Shown one piece after another: positions 44,039-53,493 of a stretch of 64,000 bases of DNA (positions are counted from its first letter, which is position 1; every line of letters begins with the position of its first letter). The translations under genes and the position numbers were made by a program. The notes beneath the pieces are model-generated. The model did not search any database and had not been told where the DNA came from. It saw only the letters and a program-made list of their open reading frames with translations. This stretch comes from Spirochaetia bacterium (GTDB lineage: Bacteria; Spirochaetota; Spirochaetia; SZUA-6; Bin103), in NCBI GenBank assembly GCA_965203905.1, contig CBDBDQ010000005.1:2080001-2144000 (forward strand), read 5' to 3'.

Positions 44039-44831
44039 CCAGGATTGGGTGCAGCGGATGGTCCCAGGGGCCGCCTACCGTCATTTCGTCCTGGGCGCCG
44101 GCGGCGTCCTTTTCGCCGGTGAAGGTCACGTAGTCCGGGATGTAGATGATCGCGAAGGCGCGCCGCGGACCAGCCGTGCGGTTCGGCCCGGCGTAGTGGA
44201 AGGTGCAGCCGTGGTGGAAGGTGACACTGCCGGCGGCCATCTCCATGGACACCGGCTCCGCCACCGAGAACCCCCGCTCGTGCATGCGGTCGATGATGCT
44301 TTCCCCCTCCACGGTGAGCGAGATCGGTTCCTGGCGGCCGTAGCGGTGCGAGCCCGGCACGAAGTGCAGACAGCCGTTGTCCAGGTCGACGTCGTCCACC
44401 GCGATCCAGGCCGAGAACGAGCCGACCGGGTCCATGCACCAATACGGCGCGTCCTGGTGCCAGTTGGTTGCCCGGCTGGTCTGACCCGGCGGCTTGACCA
44501 TGGCGTGATCGTGGTAGATGCGCACGTGGCGGCAGCCTGACAGGCGCCGGCCGGCCTCGGCGAGCTGCGCATGGAACGCGAACCTCTTGGCGGCGGGATA
44601 GTCGGTCCACAGGTTGACCATCTGATTGAACACGCGTTCGTATTCCTGCGAAACCCGCCCGCCGCTCTCCGCGCCCCTGATGCGCTCGCGCTTCCGTGCG
44701 ATCGCGTGATCGATCACCTCGCGCAGCGCGCTCATCTCGGCGCCGGAGAAGAAGCCCTCGTACCGGATGTAGCCCTGCTCCTGGAAGAAGGAGATGTCCT
44801 GCGCCGTCACCCGGTCCGACCGATCCGGCAT
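43944..44831 (-). CDS. phytanoyl-CoA dioxygenase (PhyH) family protein; C-terminus altered by the IS
   Basis: WHQD HxD motif, NGCLHFVPGSH, FHH...H..GPN...RRA; native stop lies beyond the IS at 42458-42460. Confidence 0.9.
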   Translation of the reverse strand: MPDRSDRVTAQDISFFQEQGYIRYEGFFSGAEMSALREVIDHAIARKRERIRGAESGGRVSQEYERVFNQMVNLWTDYPAAKRFAFHAQLAEAGRRLSGCRHVRIYHDHAMVKPPGQTSRATNWHQDAPYWCMDPVGSFSAWIAVDDVDLDNGCLHFVPGSHRYGRQEPISLTVEGESIIDRMHERGFSVAEPVSMEMAAGSVTFHHGCTFHYAGPNRTAGPRRAFAIIYIPDYVTFTGEKDAAGAQDEMTVGGPWDHPLHPILGVHSFSVAPAASVVREIELIERPPPRDSMMW

Positions 44832-46180
44832 CAGCGCTGCGGCAGATGGCGCAGAGCGGCGCCGACTTCGTCCAGCAGGCGCTCGACGTGGCGGTCCTCC
44901 ATCGGCAGCGGAACGTTGCCGCCGCGGCGGGTCACGATGCCGCGGTTCACGAGCCGGAAGTAGAGCCAGCGCTGGAGGCCGGCGTCGTCTTGCGCCGCCT
45001 CGCGGTAGTTGCGCGGCGGTTGCGGCAGGAAGTAGAACTGGAACAGCGACCCGGCGGTGACCACGCAGCCGGGCACGCCCGCCGTGTCGAACACCTGCTG
45101 CAGCCCGTCGCCGAGCCGGCTGGTGCGCTGGTGGATGGAGCGGTAGGCGGCGTCGGTCATGGTGCGCAGCGTCGCCAGGCCGGCGGCCATGACGATCGGA
45201 TTGCCGTTGTAGGTGCCGGACTGGGGAATCGCCGGCGCCCCGGCCGTGGGATCGTACAGCGCCATGATGTCGGCACGGCCGCCGAAGGCGCCGCCGGGGG
45301 TACCGCCGGCCACCACCTTGGCCAGGCAGGTCAGGTCCGGCTGCACCCCGAAGGTCCCCTGGGCGCCCCCCGAGCCGGCGCGGAAGCTCACCACCTCGTC
45401 GAAGATCAGCACGATGCCCAGCTCACGGGTGAGGCGGCGCAGGGTCTCCAGGAAGCCGGGCGCCGGCAGAGTGAGCCCGGCCGCGGTGGACAGTGGGTCG
45501 ACGATCACCGCCGCCAGGCGATCGGCGTGCTCGCGGATCAGCGCGGTGCACGCCTCGCGGTCGTTGAACGGCAGTACCAGCACGTTGGCGGCGGTCCCCG
45601 GGGCGAGTCCCGCTGAAGCCGGGACCGGCAGCGGCCGCGCGGCCGGTCCGAGCGCGGGACCGACCGGAGGCAGGTAGCTGATCAGCGCCGGATCGTCGAT
45701 ACCGTGGTAGGCGCCCTCGAACTTGGCGATTATCGGCCGCTCGGTAAAGGCGCGCGCGGCGCGCAGGGCACCCAGCACGGCCTCGGTCCCCGAGCTGCAG
45801 AAGCGCAGCCGCTCCAGCGAAGGGATGCGCTGTGCCAGCAGTTCCGCCAACTCCAGCTCCAGGGGACAGGGCGCGAAGTAGGCGCTGCCGCGGCCGGCGT
45901 GCTCCGCGATCGCCGCCACCACGGCGGGATGGGCATGGCCCAGAATCAGGGCGCTGGCGTTGTTGACGAAGTCCAGGCGGCGGTTGCCGTCGACGTCGAC
46001 CAGCTCCACCCCCTGCGCATGGTCGATGTAGACCGGAAACGGATCCACGAACACGCCGGTCCTGGTGTTGCCCCCGGGCAGCACCGACTGCGCGCGCCGG
46101 AACAGGTCGTGGGACGCGGCGTTGCGGGCACGGTACTCCGCGACCAGAGACTCGAGGGTAACTGCGGTGGCGGTGGGCAT
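44831..46180 (-). CDS. class III PLP aminotransferase (glutamate-1-semialdehyde aminomutase-like)
   Basis: GGAGG RBS; LGHAHP, SGTEA, FEGAYHG, LIFDEVVSFR, PDLTCLAK, SGTYNGNP. Confidence 0.9.
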   Translation of the reverse strand: MPTATAVTLESLVAEYRARNAASHDLFRRAQSVLPGGNTRTGVFVDPFPVYIDHAQGVELVDVDGNRRLDFVNNASALILGHAHPAVVAAIAEHAGRGSAYFAPCPLELELAELLAQRIPSLERLRFCSSGTEAVLGALRAARAFTERPIIAKFEGAYHGIDDPALISYLPPVGPALGPAARPLPVPASAGLAPGTAANVLVLPFNDREACTALIREHADRLAAVIVDPLSTAAGLTLPAPGFLETLRRLTRELGIVLIFDEVVSFRAGSGGAQGTFGVQPDLTCLAKVVAGGTPGGAFGGRADIMALYDPTAGAPAIPQSGTYNGNPIVMAAGLATLRTMTDAAYRSIHQRTSRLGDGLQQVFDTAGVPGCVVTAGSLFQFYFLPQPPRNYREAAQDDAGLQRWLYFRLVNRGIVTRRGGNVPLPMEDRHVERLLDEVGAALRHLPQR

Positions 46181-46309
46181 GGACACCTCCTGGCTCGGTG
46201 CCGAGCATGGCACGCCGCAGCGGCGGCAGTCTACGCCGTGGCGCGGCCGGCAGCGGCCGGCCGGCGGGACGCCGCTGCACGACCGGCAGCTTCGTGGCAT
46301 GATTGCCGC

Positions 46310-48370
46310 ATGATCGATCCGGGGAAACTGCAGAACGATTTCTCGGCCTACGTCGGCCGCGGCCGGGAGGAGGCGGCGGCGCTGGAGGAACGGCGCGCCG
46401 AGCTGCGGCGGGAGCTGGACGGGCGCCTGTTCGAGCGTCCCGGCGGAGAGTGGTACCGGGGCGCGTGTGTGGAGGCGTTCCTGTTCATGTTCGACACCCG
46501 CTTCTACGATCGCGTCGCGCGCCACTACCGCATCGAGGAGATCCTGGACGACGGCGAGCGCGAGTTCGGCGGCTACGACTTCGTGCTGCTGTGGCAGTCC
46601 TATCCGCGGCTGGCGATCGACGGGCGCAACCAGTTCGACCTGTATCGCGACATGCCCGGTGGACTGCCGGCGCTGCGCGAGCTGGTGCAGCGTGCGCACT
46701 CCCGCGGGGTGCGCGTGTTCGTGAACTACAACCCGTGGGACACCGGCACCCGGCGCGAGCCGAAAGGACGTTCCGACGGCGAGGCGCTGGCCGGGATCAT
46801 CGCGGCGATCGGCGCTGACGGGGTGTTCCTGGACACCATGGCGATGGATCAGCCGGGATTCCGCGAAGCGCTGGAGCGGGCCAATCCCGACATCGTGTTC
46901 GATCCCGAGGGGGTTCCGCCGCTCGGCGGGCTGCACTCGGTGGCCGGAAGCTGGCTGCAGCGGCGCCTGGTGGCACCGCCGGAGCTGATGACCATGCGCT
47001 GGCTGGAGCCGCGCTTCTCGTTCCGGGCGATCCTGCGCACCGCGCTGGACCGTCAAGAGGTGGTGCAGGCGGCGTTCTTCCACGGCTGCGGGCACGTGGT
47101 GTGGGAGAACATCTTCGGTTGGTGGAATCCGTGGTCGGCGCCGGATCGCGCGCTGCTGCGGCGTTGCACGTGGCTGTTGCGCGAGCACGCGGCGGCGTTC
47201 CAGGACCTGCAGTGGCAGCCCTACGTGGCGACGTTGGCCGCGGACGTGTACGCGCACCGCTGGCAGGACGGTGCGACCGTGGTGCACACGCTGCTGAACA
47301 CCGGCGCGGACACCAGCAACGGTCCGGTGCTGGAGGTGGCCGCCGCCGACGCGGCCGGCGCCCCCCTGCGCCACTACGACGTCTGGAACGGACGCGAGCT
47401 GGCGCCGGCCGAGCGCGACGGCGCGGGGGTGGTCTCGGTCCCGCTGCCGCCCGGCGGGGCCGGCTGCATCGTGTCGGCGCCGGAGGGAGTCGCGGTGCAC
47501 TTTCCTCCCGCGGAAACGGCCGGGCAGGCGCGCGACGAGGACTACCGCGCGCGCGTCACCGTCGCCGATCACCGGCCGCGTCCGGTGGCGCCGTCGGCCC
47601 CGGTCACGGCCGGGTCCGAGCCGGCCGACATGTGCCGGCTGCCGGGTGGCCCGTACAACATGCACGTGCGCCACAATGTCGCCGCGGTGATGGAGGGGGC
47701 GTGCTACGGCGGCCAGGACAATCACCACAACACCTACCACCCGCCGCAGTCGTTCGACCTGCGCCCCTACTGGATCGACCGCACCGAGGTCACCAACGCC
47801 CAGTATCGGGCGTTTCTGGAGGCTGCCCGCTACGTTCCGATCGAGCCGCACAACTTCCTGCGGCACTGGCAGCGCGGAGACGCGCCTGCTGCAGAACCGT
47901 GGCGCTGGCAGATACCGGCCGGCAAGGAGCGCCATCCGGTGGTGTGGGTGGACCTGGAGGATGCCCGCGCCTACGCCCGCTGGGCGGGCAAGCGGCTGCC
48001 GCGGGAAGAGGAGTGGCAGAACGCCGCCGGCCGCGGCCTGTGGCCGTGGGGCGACCTGTTCGACCCCGCCCGCTGCAATGGCGACAGCGGCGACACCACC
48101 CCGGTGGACCAGTTTCCCGCCGGCGCCAGCGACTGCGGCTGTCTCGACCTGTGCGGCAACGTCTGGGAGTGGACCGAGAGCGAGCGCGACGACGGGCATA
48201 CGCGCTACGCCATCGTGCGTGGCGGCTGCCACCTGGTGGTGGTGGGCAGCAAGTGGTACCGGGCCAGTGGGGCGCAGCCCAATGACGTCCACGAGAAGGT
48301 GCTGCTGCTGTATCCCGGCATCGACCGTTGTGCGACCGTTGGCTTCCGTTGCGTGAAAGATGAAGCCTGA
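46310..48370 (+). CDS. protein with N-terminal putative glycoside-hydrolase-like barrel and C-terminal FGE-sulfatase (SUMF1) domain
   Basis: DRTEVTNAQY, HPVVWV, RLPREEEW, WPWG, GNVWEW, RGG, GFRC; N-term NYNPWDT, DGVFLDT. Confidence 0.8.
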   Translation: MIDPGKLQNDFSAYVGRGREEAAALEERRAELRRELDGRLFERPGGEWYRGACVEAFLFMFDTRFYDRVARHYRIEEILDDGEREFGGYDFVLLWQSYPRLAIDGRNQFDLYRDMPGGLPALRELVQRAHSRGVRVFVNYNPWDTGTRREPKGRSDGEALAGIIAAIGADGVFLDTMAMDQPGFREALERANPDIVFDPEGVPPLGGLHSVAGSWLQRRLVAPPELMTMRWLEPRFSFRAILRTALDRQEVVQAAFFHGCGHVVWENIFGWWNPWSAPDRALLRRCTWLLREHAAAFQDLQWQPYVATLAADVYAHRWQDGATVVHTLLNTGADTSNGPVLEVAAADAAGAPLRHYDVWNGRELAPAERDGAGVVSVPLPPGGAGCIVSAPEGVAVHFPPAETAGQARDEDYRARVTVADHRPRPVAPSAPVTAGSEPADMCRLPGGPYNMHVRHNVAAVMEGACYGGQDNHHNTYHPPQSFDLRPYWIDRTEVTNAQYRAFLEAARYVPIEPHNFLRHWQRGDAPAAEPWRWQIPAGKERHPVVWVDLEDARAYARWAGKRLPREEEWQNAAGRGLWPWGDLFDPARCNGDSGDTTPVDQFPAGASDCGCLDLCGNVWEWTESERDDGHTRYAIVRGGCHLVVVGSKWYRASGAQPNDVHEKVLLLYPGIDRCATVGFRCVKDEA

Positions 48371-49289
48371 GGTCGTCGTAATCGGCAGCTACCTGGTGGC
48401 GCTGGTGATCGAGGTGGAGCGTTTCCCCACGGTGGGCGAGACGGTCCACGGCCACGGCTACTTCGAGACCCACGGCGGCAAGGGTTCCAACATGGCGGTG
48501 CAGGCGGCGCGCCTGGGGGCGCGCACCAGCTTCGTGGGACGGGTAGGGGACGATGCCCGCGGCCGGGCGTTCGCCGACCTGCTGGCCACCGAGGGCGTGG
48601 CCGCGGAGCACCTGCAGGTCCAGGCTGACACCGCCACCGGCGTCGGCTTCATCCTGCTGGGGAGCGACGGCCAGAACATGATCGCCATCGACAGCGGCCC
48701 CAACGCCCTCTTCTCGGCCGCCGACGTGGAGTGTGCCGCGGGCCTGATGCAGCCGCCGGCGACGGTGCTGACCCAGCTAGAGATACCGCTGCAGACCGCC
48801 CTGCGCGCCATGCAGGTGGGGCGGGCGGCGGGTTGCATCACGATCCTCAACCCGGCCCCGGCACAGGACCTTTCGCAAGAGGATCTGTCCAGCGTGGCGG
48901 TGATCACCCCCAACGAGACCGAGGCACGGGTCTGCCTGGGGCTGGGTGCCGCCGAGCGCGCCGACGAGGAAGAACTCGGCCGCCGGCTGCTGGAGCGCGG
49001 CTGCGGCGCCGCGCTGCTCACGCTCGGGGAGCGCGGCTGCCTGTGCGTCACCGCGGACGGCGCCGAGCACGTGCCCGGCTTCGCGGTGTCCCAGGTCGTG
49101 GACACCACCGGAGCCGGCGACGCCTTCAACGCGGGCCTGGCGGTGGCCCTGGCCGAGGGGCGTCCGCTGGCGGAGGCGGCCCGCTTCGCCAACGCGGCCG
49201 CCGCGCTCTGCTGCACCGCACTCGCCACCCTGCCCTCGTATCACACCCGCCAGCAGGTCGAAACGTTCATGAAACGCTGGACAGGTTAA
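48360..49289 (+). CDS. ribokinase-like PfkB sugar kinase
   Basis: GGKGSN.A, LNPAPA, PNETEA, DTTGAGDAF. Confidence 0.9.
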   Translation: MKPEVVVIGSYLVALVIEVERFPTVGETVHGHGYFETHGGKGSNMAVQAARLGARTSFVGRVGDDARGRAFADLLATEGVAAEHLQVQADTATGVGFILLGSDGQNMIAIDSGPNALFSAADVECAAGLMQPPATVLTQLEIPLQTALRAMQVGRAAGCITILNPAPAQDLSQEDLSSVAVITPNETEARVCLGLGAAERADEEELGRRLLERGCGAALLTLGERGCLCVTADGAEHVPGFAVSQVVDTTGAGDAFNAGLAVALAEGRPLAEAARFANAAAALCCTALATLPSYHTRQQVETFMKRWTG

Positions 49290-49348
49290 GTCGATTGGCG
49301 GGCCGGTCCGAGTGTCGGCACTTCCGCCGCGTTCCTGTTACAGATACG

Positions 49349-49678
49349 TCAGATGGAGCCTGATGCGACGCCGCGTTGGACCTTCCGGGCGGCGACATGG
49401 ATCGTTACTTCAAGGCTCCGGTCCAGGCCCCCCAACATCCTGATCAGCCGGTCCAACGTAAAGCGGGCGAGATCCGCGTTACGCACGCGCGAGAAATCGG
49501 CCGCGGCAAAGCCGGTCCTGTCGGCTGCCACCCGCACGGAGATCCTGCCCTGATCCAACACCGCGATGATCCTTGCCGCAAGGACTGCCTTGGCGTGCTT
49601 GAGATCGGCGTCCGGATCATTCAGGTCGCGGAACAGATTCCCGCTGCCTTGAACCAGTTCGTAGTCAGATTCGCTCAT
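49349..49678 (-). CDS. XRE/HTH antitoxin (HigA-like)
   Basis: GSGNLFRDL...HTH...FTLDRL; ATG overlaps the toxin stop. Confidence 0.85.
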   Translation of the reverse strand: MSESDYELVQGSGNLFRDLNDPDADLKHAKAVLAARIIAVLDQGRISVRVAADRTGFAAADFSRVRNADLARFTLDRLIRMLGGLDRSLEVTIHVAARKVQRGVASGSI

Positions 49679-50025
49679 TGCTCCATGTTCCTTCTGAGCC
49701 AAGCTATTCGATCGCGGATGAGGCTGATATCCGCTTTCGGAGTTTTGATTCCGCTCTTCGACTTCTTGAGGAAAGCGTGCACGACCCACAGCGCTCCCGA
49801 AATCTCAGATACGTAAACTGTGCGATAGGCGTCGGTCCGGTAGCGCACGGCAATCTCCATCACGCGAGGTCCAAGACCCTTCATTGGCTTCGCGATGTCC
49901 GCTTTTTCACCTTCGGCGGCAATCGTGAGTGCCGTACTGATGCGATCCCGGACACCTTCCGGAAATCTCTCGAAATCCTTGCGAGCTGCCCTGATCCACC
50001 CTATGGGCCGCGTGTCGGGGACCAC
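49675..50025 (-). CDS. RelE/HigB (Gp49-like) toxin
   Basis: ARKDFERFP, KPMKGLG..VMEI, YRTVY, VVHAFLKKS..GIKTP; start uncertain. Confidence 0.85.
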   Translation of the reverse strand: MVPDTRPIGWIRAARKDFERFPEGVRDRISTALTIAAEGEKADIAKPMKGLGPRVMEIAVRYRTDAYRTVYVSEISGALWVVHAFLKKSKSGIKTPKADISLIRDRIAWLRRNMEQ

Positions 50026-50030
50026 TATTG

Positions 50031-50058
50031 ACAGTGTTGTCAGATTTAACAACACTGT
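50031..50058. promoter_or_regulatory. palindromic operator of the TA operon
   Basis: Perfect 10-bp IR ACAGTGTTGT-N8-ACAACACTGT next to a minus-strand TTGACA (50063-50058). Confidence 0.7.
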
Positions 50059-50143
50059 GTCAAGCCAAGACCTGCCAAGCCCAGCCCAGCCTGCCGGTCT
50101 TTCGCTTCTTGCATAGCACTGGATGCTTCAACGGAGGGACTGC

Positions 50144-50980
50144 ATGATGAAACTTGGATTCACTACCCTCGGGTGCCCGGACTGGCCCTACGCGACGATC
50201 GTGGCACGGGCGCGGGAGTACGGCTTCGACGGGTTCGAGATTCGCGGGATGATGGGGGAGATGGACTTGCTCAAGGTGCCGGAGCTGCAGCCGGGGCGGC
50301 GCGGGGAGACGCTGCGCATGGCCGCCGACGCCGGCCTGGAGATCATGATGTTGATGACCGGCTGCCAGTTCTCGTCGGCCACGGCCGGCGAGCGGCAGGC
50401 CAACATCGACGAGGCCAAGGCGAACATGGATATGGCAAGCGCCATGGGGATCGACAAGATCCGCCTGTATGGCGGCCGCATCGCACCGGAGGTGGATCGC
50501 GATGCCGCCTACGGCTGGGTGGCGGAGGGCCTGTGCACGGTGGCCGAATATGGCGCCACCGTGGGCGTGGCGGCGGCGGTGGAGACCCACGACCACTTCG
50601 TGGACACCTTCCTGGTCAAGGAGATCGTCGCCCGCGTGGATCATCCCTTCCTCAAGGTGCTGTGGGACGTCCATCACCCGTGGCGCCTGTTCGGGCAGAC
50701 TCCGCGGCAGTGCTGGGACAACGTCGGGCCGCAGGTGGTGGACACCCACTTCAAGGACTCCTACGTCACCGACGGCGAGCAGGACGGCTACCGCTACTGT
50801 CTGCTGGGAGAGGGGGACGTGCCGGTGCCCGACACGCTGCAGGTGCTGCACGCCGGCGGCTACGACGGCTACCTGACGCTGGAGTGGGAGAAGGCGTGGA
50901 AGGATTACCTGCCCGATCCTTCCGTGGGGTTTCCGCAGTACGTGCAGCAGATGCGCCGCTACCTGGCGCAGCTCGACTGA
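50144..50980 (+). CDS. sugar phosphate isomerase/epimerase (xylose-isomerase-like TIM barrel)
   Basis: GFTTLGCP, GFDGFE, VETHD, WDVHH, HFKD, LEWE. Confidence 0.88.
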   Translation: MMKLGFTTLGCPDWPYATIVARAREYGFDGFEIRGMMGEMDLLKVPELQPGRRGETLRMAADAGLEIMMLMTGCQFSSATAGERQANIDEAKANMDMASAMGIDKIRLYGGRIAPEVDRDAAYGWVAEGLCTVAEYGATVGVAAAVETHDHFVDTFLVKEIVARVDHPFLKVLWDVHHPWRLFGQTPRQCWDNVGPQVVDTHFKDSYVTDGEQDGYRYCLLGEGDVPVPDTLQVLHAGGYDGYLTLEWEKAWKDYLPDPSVGFPQYVQQMRRYLAQLD

Positions 50981-50988
50981 GGGCGGCC

Positions 50989-51852
50989 ATGCGACTGGGT
51001 GTAGTGGGAATCCTGCCGGGCGACCCGCGCGAGGTGCGCCGCGAGCACCTGGAGCGGGTGCGCGCGCTGGGGGTGTCGGCGGCCTGCTTTCATGCGCCCG
51101 GCGAGGTGCTGTTCGCCGTGACCTCCGCGGAGCTCGGCGCCTGCCGGCAGCGCTACGCTGACGCCGGCCTGGAGCTGGCGCAACTCGGCGTCGGCTACGG
51201 CGAGTGCCTGTTCGATCCCGACGCCGCGGTGCGCACCGGGATTCAGCGCAAGATCGCCCGCGGCCTGGAGGCGGGGCGCGAGCTGGGCGCGGGGGTGGTG
51301 CTGATCCGCACCGGCAGCCTGAGCCCCACCGGCTCCTACAGCCCCTCGCCGCGCAACCACGAACCGGAGTGCCTGGAGACCTTGATCGGCGAGTTGCGCA
51401 CGGTGGCCGCCGCCGCCGAGGCCGCGGATTTGACGGTGGTGGTGGAGACCCACAACCTGACCATCCTCGGCACCCCGGAGATCAACCGCCGGGTGATCGA
51501 CGCCGTCGGCTCGCCCCGGCTGCGCGTGGTGATGGACTACGTCAACCACTTCCAGTCATGGGCGCAGGCGTGTTCCAGCACCGCCCGGATCGACCACATC
51601 TTCGACCTGATGGGGCCGATCTCCGCCGTTGCCCACATCAAGGACCTGGCGCCCGTCGACGGCTTCGTGGTGCACCTCGACGAGGCCGCTCCCGGCGAGG
51701 GATGCCTGGACCTGGCCACCGCGGTACGGCGTTGGCAGGCGCTGCGCCCCGACGGCTACATGCTGGTGGAGCACTTGCCGGACGAGCGCATCCCCGGCGC
51801 CGTGGCCAACGCGCAGCGCATCGCCGCCGCCGCCGGCGTGCCGATCAATTAG
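50989..51852 (+). CDS. sugar phosphate isomerase/epimerase (TIM barrel)
   Basis: VETH, MDYVN, HIKD, PGEG.LD, VEHL. Confidence 0.82.
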   Translation: MRLGVVGILPGDPREVRREHLERVRALGVSAACFHAPGEVLFAVTSAELGACRQRYADAGLELAQLGVGYGECLFDPDAAVRTGIQRKIARGLEAGRELGAGVVLIRTGSLSPTGSYSPSPRNHEPECLETLIGELRTVAAAAEAADLTVVVETHNLTILGTPEINRRVIDAVGSPRLRVVMDYVNHFQSWAQACSSTARIDHIFDLMGPISAVAHIKDLAPVDGFVVHLDEAAPGEGCLDLATAVRRWQALRPDGYMLVEHLPDERIPGAVANAQRIAAAAGVPIN

Positions 51853-51864
51853 CGAGTCGCCGGC

Positions 51865-52983
51865 ATGCGCATAACCTCCGTCACGCCGATCCTCAGCGAC
51901 CAATTTCTCCTGGTGCGGGTCGCTACCGACGAAGGAATCACAGGCAACGGCGAAGCCGGGCTGTGGGCCAGCCACGAGGTGGTGGCGCGCGCCATCGATT
52001 CGCTCGCCGAGTACTTCGTGGGCCAGGATCCGGCCCGTATCGAGCACCATCACCAGGCGGTCTCCCGCGCCAGCCACTTCATGGGCTCGGTGTCGAGTGC
52101 CGCCCTGAGCGCCATCGACGTGGCGCTGTGGGACATCGCCGGCAAGGTGGCGGGACTGCCCGTGCACCGCCTGCTGGGCGGGCCCTGCCGCGATCGCATC
52201 AAGGTGTTCGAGAACGTGGCCGGCGACAGCGTGGAACAGCGCGCCGACCACGCCCGCGCGCTGGTGGAGCAGGGCTTCGTCTCGCTGCGCACCCAGCCTT
52301 TCTTCACCGGCTGGGAGGCGACGGACAGCTCCAGTGCCGTAATCGGGACGGCGGTGGCGATCGTGGCGGCAATCCGCGACGCGATCGGCGACCGCGCCGA
52401 CCTGGGGGTGGAGATCCACCGCAATCTGACGCCCGACGAAGCGATCACGCTGGGCCGCGAGCTGGCCCCGTTTCGCCTCACTTACTACGAGGACCCGTTG
52501 CCGCCGCAGAGCGAGGACGCCCTGGAGTACGTCGCCCGCCACGTTGACGTGCCGCTCGCGGCCGGGGAGCGCAGCTACAGCCTGTACCAGTTCGCCGAGC
52601 TGCTGGAGCGCGGCATTGTCGCATTCGTGCGCGCGGACCTGTCATTGGCCGGAGGCATCACCCAGGCCCGGAAGATCGCCGCGCTGGCGGAAGCGCGCTT
52701 CGTGCGCTACTTCCCGCACCTGATGGGCAGCGCGGTGAACACCATGGCCTTCGCCCAGATCGACGCCGCCATCCCCAACTACTTCGTGCAGGAGGCCAAC
52801 ATCAAGCAGGGGCCGGCGCTGGAGTTGGTCGACGAGCAGCCGCGGGTGGTGGACGGCTACCTGCAGCTACCGCAGCGTCCGGGGATCGGCATCGAAATCG
52901 ACGAGGCGGCGGCGGCCCGGCTGCCATTCCAATCACGGACGGTGCTCGCGGCGCGACACGCCGACGGCTCGGTGCGCCACTGA
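51865..52983 (+). CDS. mandelate racemase/enolase-superfamily dehydratase (galactonate dehydratase-like)
   Basis: SAIDVALWDIAGK, LLGG..R, YEDP, GER, GGITQ, PGIGIE. Confidence 0.88.
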   Translation: MRITSVTPILSDQFLLVRVATDEGITGNGEAGLWASHEVVARAIDSLAEYFVGQDPARIEHHHQAVSRASHFMGSVSSAALSAIDVALWDIAGKVAGLPVHRLLGGPCRDRIKVFENVAGDSVEQRADHARALVEQGFVSLRTQPFFTGWEATDSSSAVIGTAVAIVAAIRDAIGDRADLGVEIHRNLTPDEAITLGRELAPFRLTYYEDPLPPQSEDALEYVARHVDVPLAAGERSYSLYQFAELLERGIVAFVRADLSLAGGITQARKIAALAEARFVRYFPHLMGSAVNTMAFAQIDAAIPNYFVQEANIKQGPALELVDEQPRVVDGYLQLPQRPGIGIEIDEAAAARLPFQSRTVLAARHADGSVRH

Positions 52984-53073
52984 GCGCACCGTCCACCGGC
53001 GCGGCCACGCCCGCAACGGCGTCGATAGCGCGGCTATCGAGCAGCCTTCCCGGAGTCGACCAGTCCGAGTCAG

Positions 53074-53493
53074 CTATCCGGATAATGTAAACGACCCATC
53101 AGTGCCGTTATAGATCAGGACGAGCTGTTTCAATACGTCTCGCCCGATCAAGGCGACGATTCCCTGTGTCTCGAGGTTGGCTCCAAACGCGCGGTGAGCA
53201 TTGATTTCTCCAAGACCTTGCACCTGGATCTGCCCGGCAAAAATCGGCACGATCTGTTCCGCGTGGGTGGCCGACGCCATTTTTCCGCTGCCTACCGTCG
53301 GCAGTAGCGCCTTTTCCGCGGCCGCGCGATCGATACACGTTGTCCTTGCTCCGGTGTCGATCAGGGCGAGTCCTGCAACTGGCGTCGCTTGATGTGCTCC
53401 TTTCGTCTGAGCTATTGGATACAAGACGACCGGGATAACCGGGCCCCTGTGCTCTAAGCTATCAATGGATAATCTAGCATTGAAGACAGGCAC
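53074..53493 (-). CDS. retropepsin-like (clan AA) aspartic protease
   Basis: ALIDTGA catalytic motif and ALIGRDVL; 139 aa; AT-richer than flanks. Confidence 0.85.
   Translation of the reverse strand: MPVFNARLSIDSLEHRGPVIPVVLYPIAQTKGAHQATPVAGLALIDTGARTTCIDRAAAEKALLPTVGSGKMASATHAEQIVPIFAGQIQVQGLGEINAHRAFGANLETQGIVALIGRDVLKQLVLIYNGTDGSFTLSG

Noticed and set aside
44831-48292. 1153-aa ORF read as a giant aminotransferase fusion
   Set aside because: The aminotransferase starts at 46180 with its own RBS; the extension is the antisense shadow of the FGE-domain gene.
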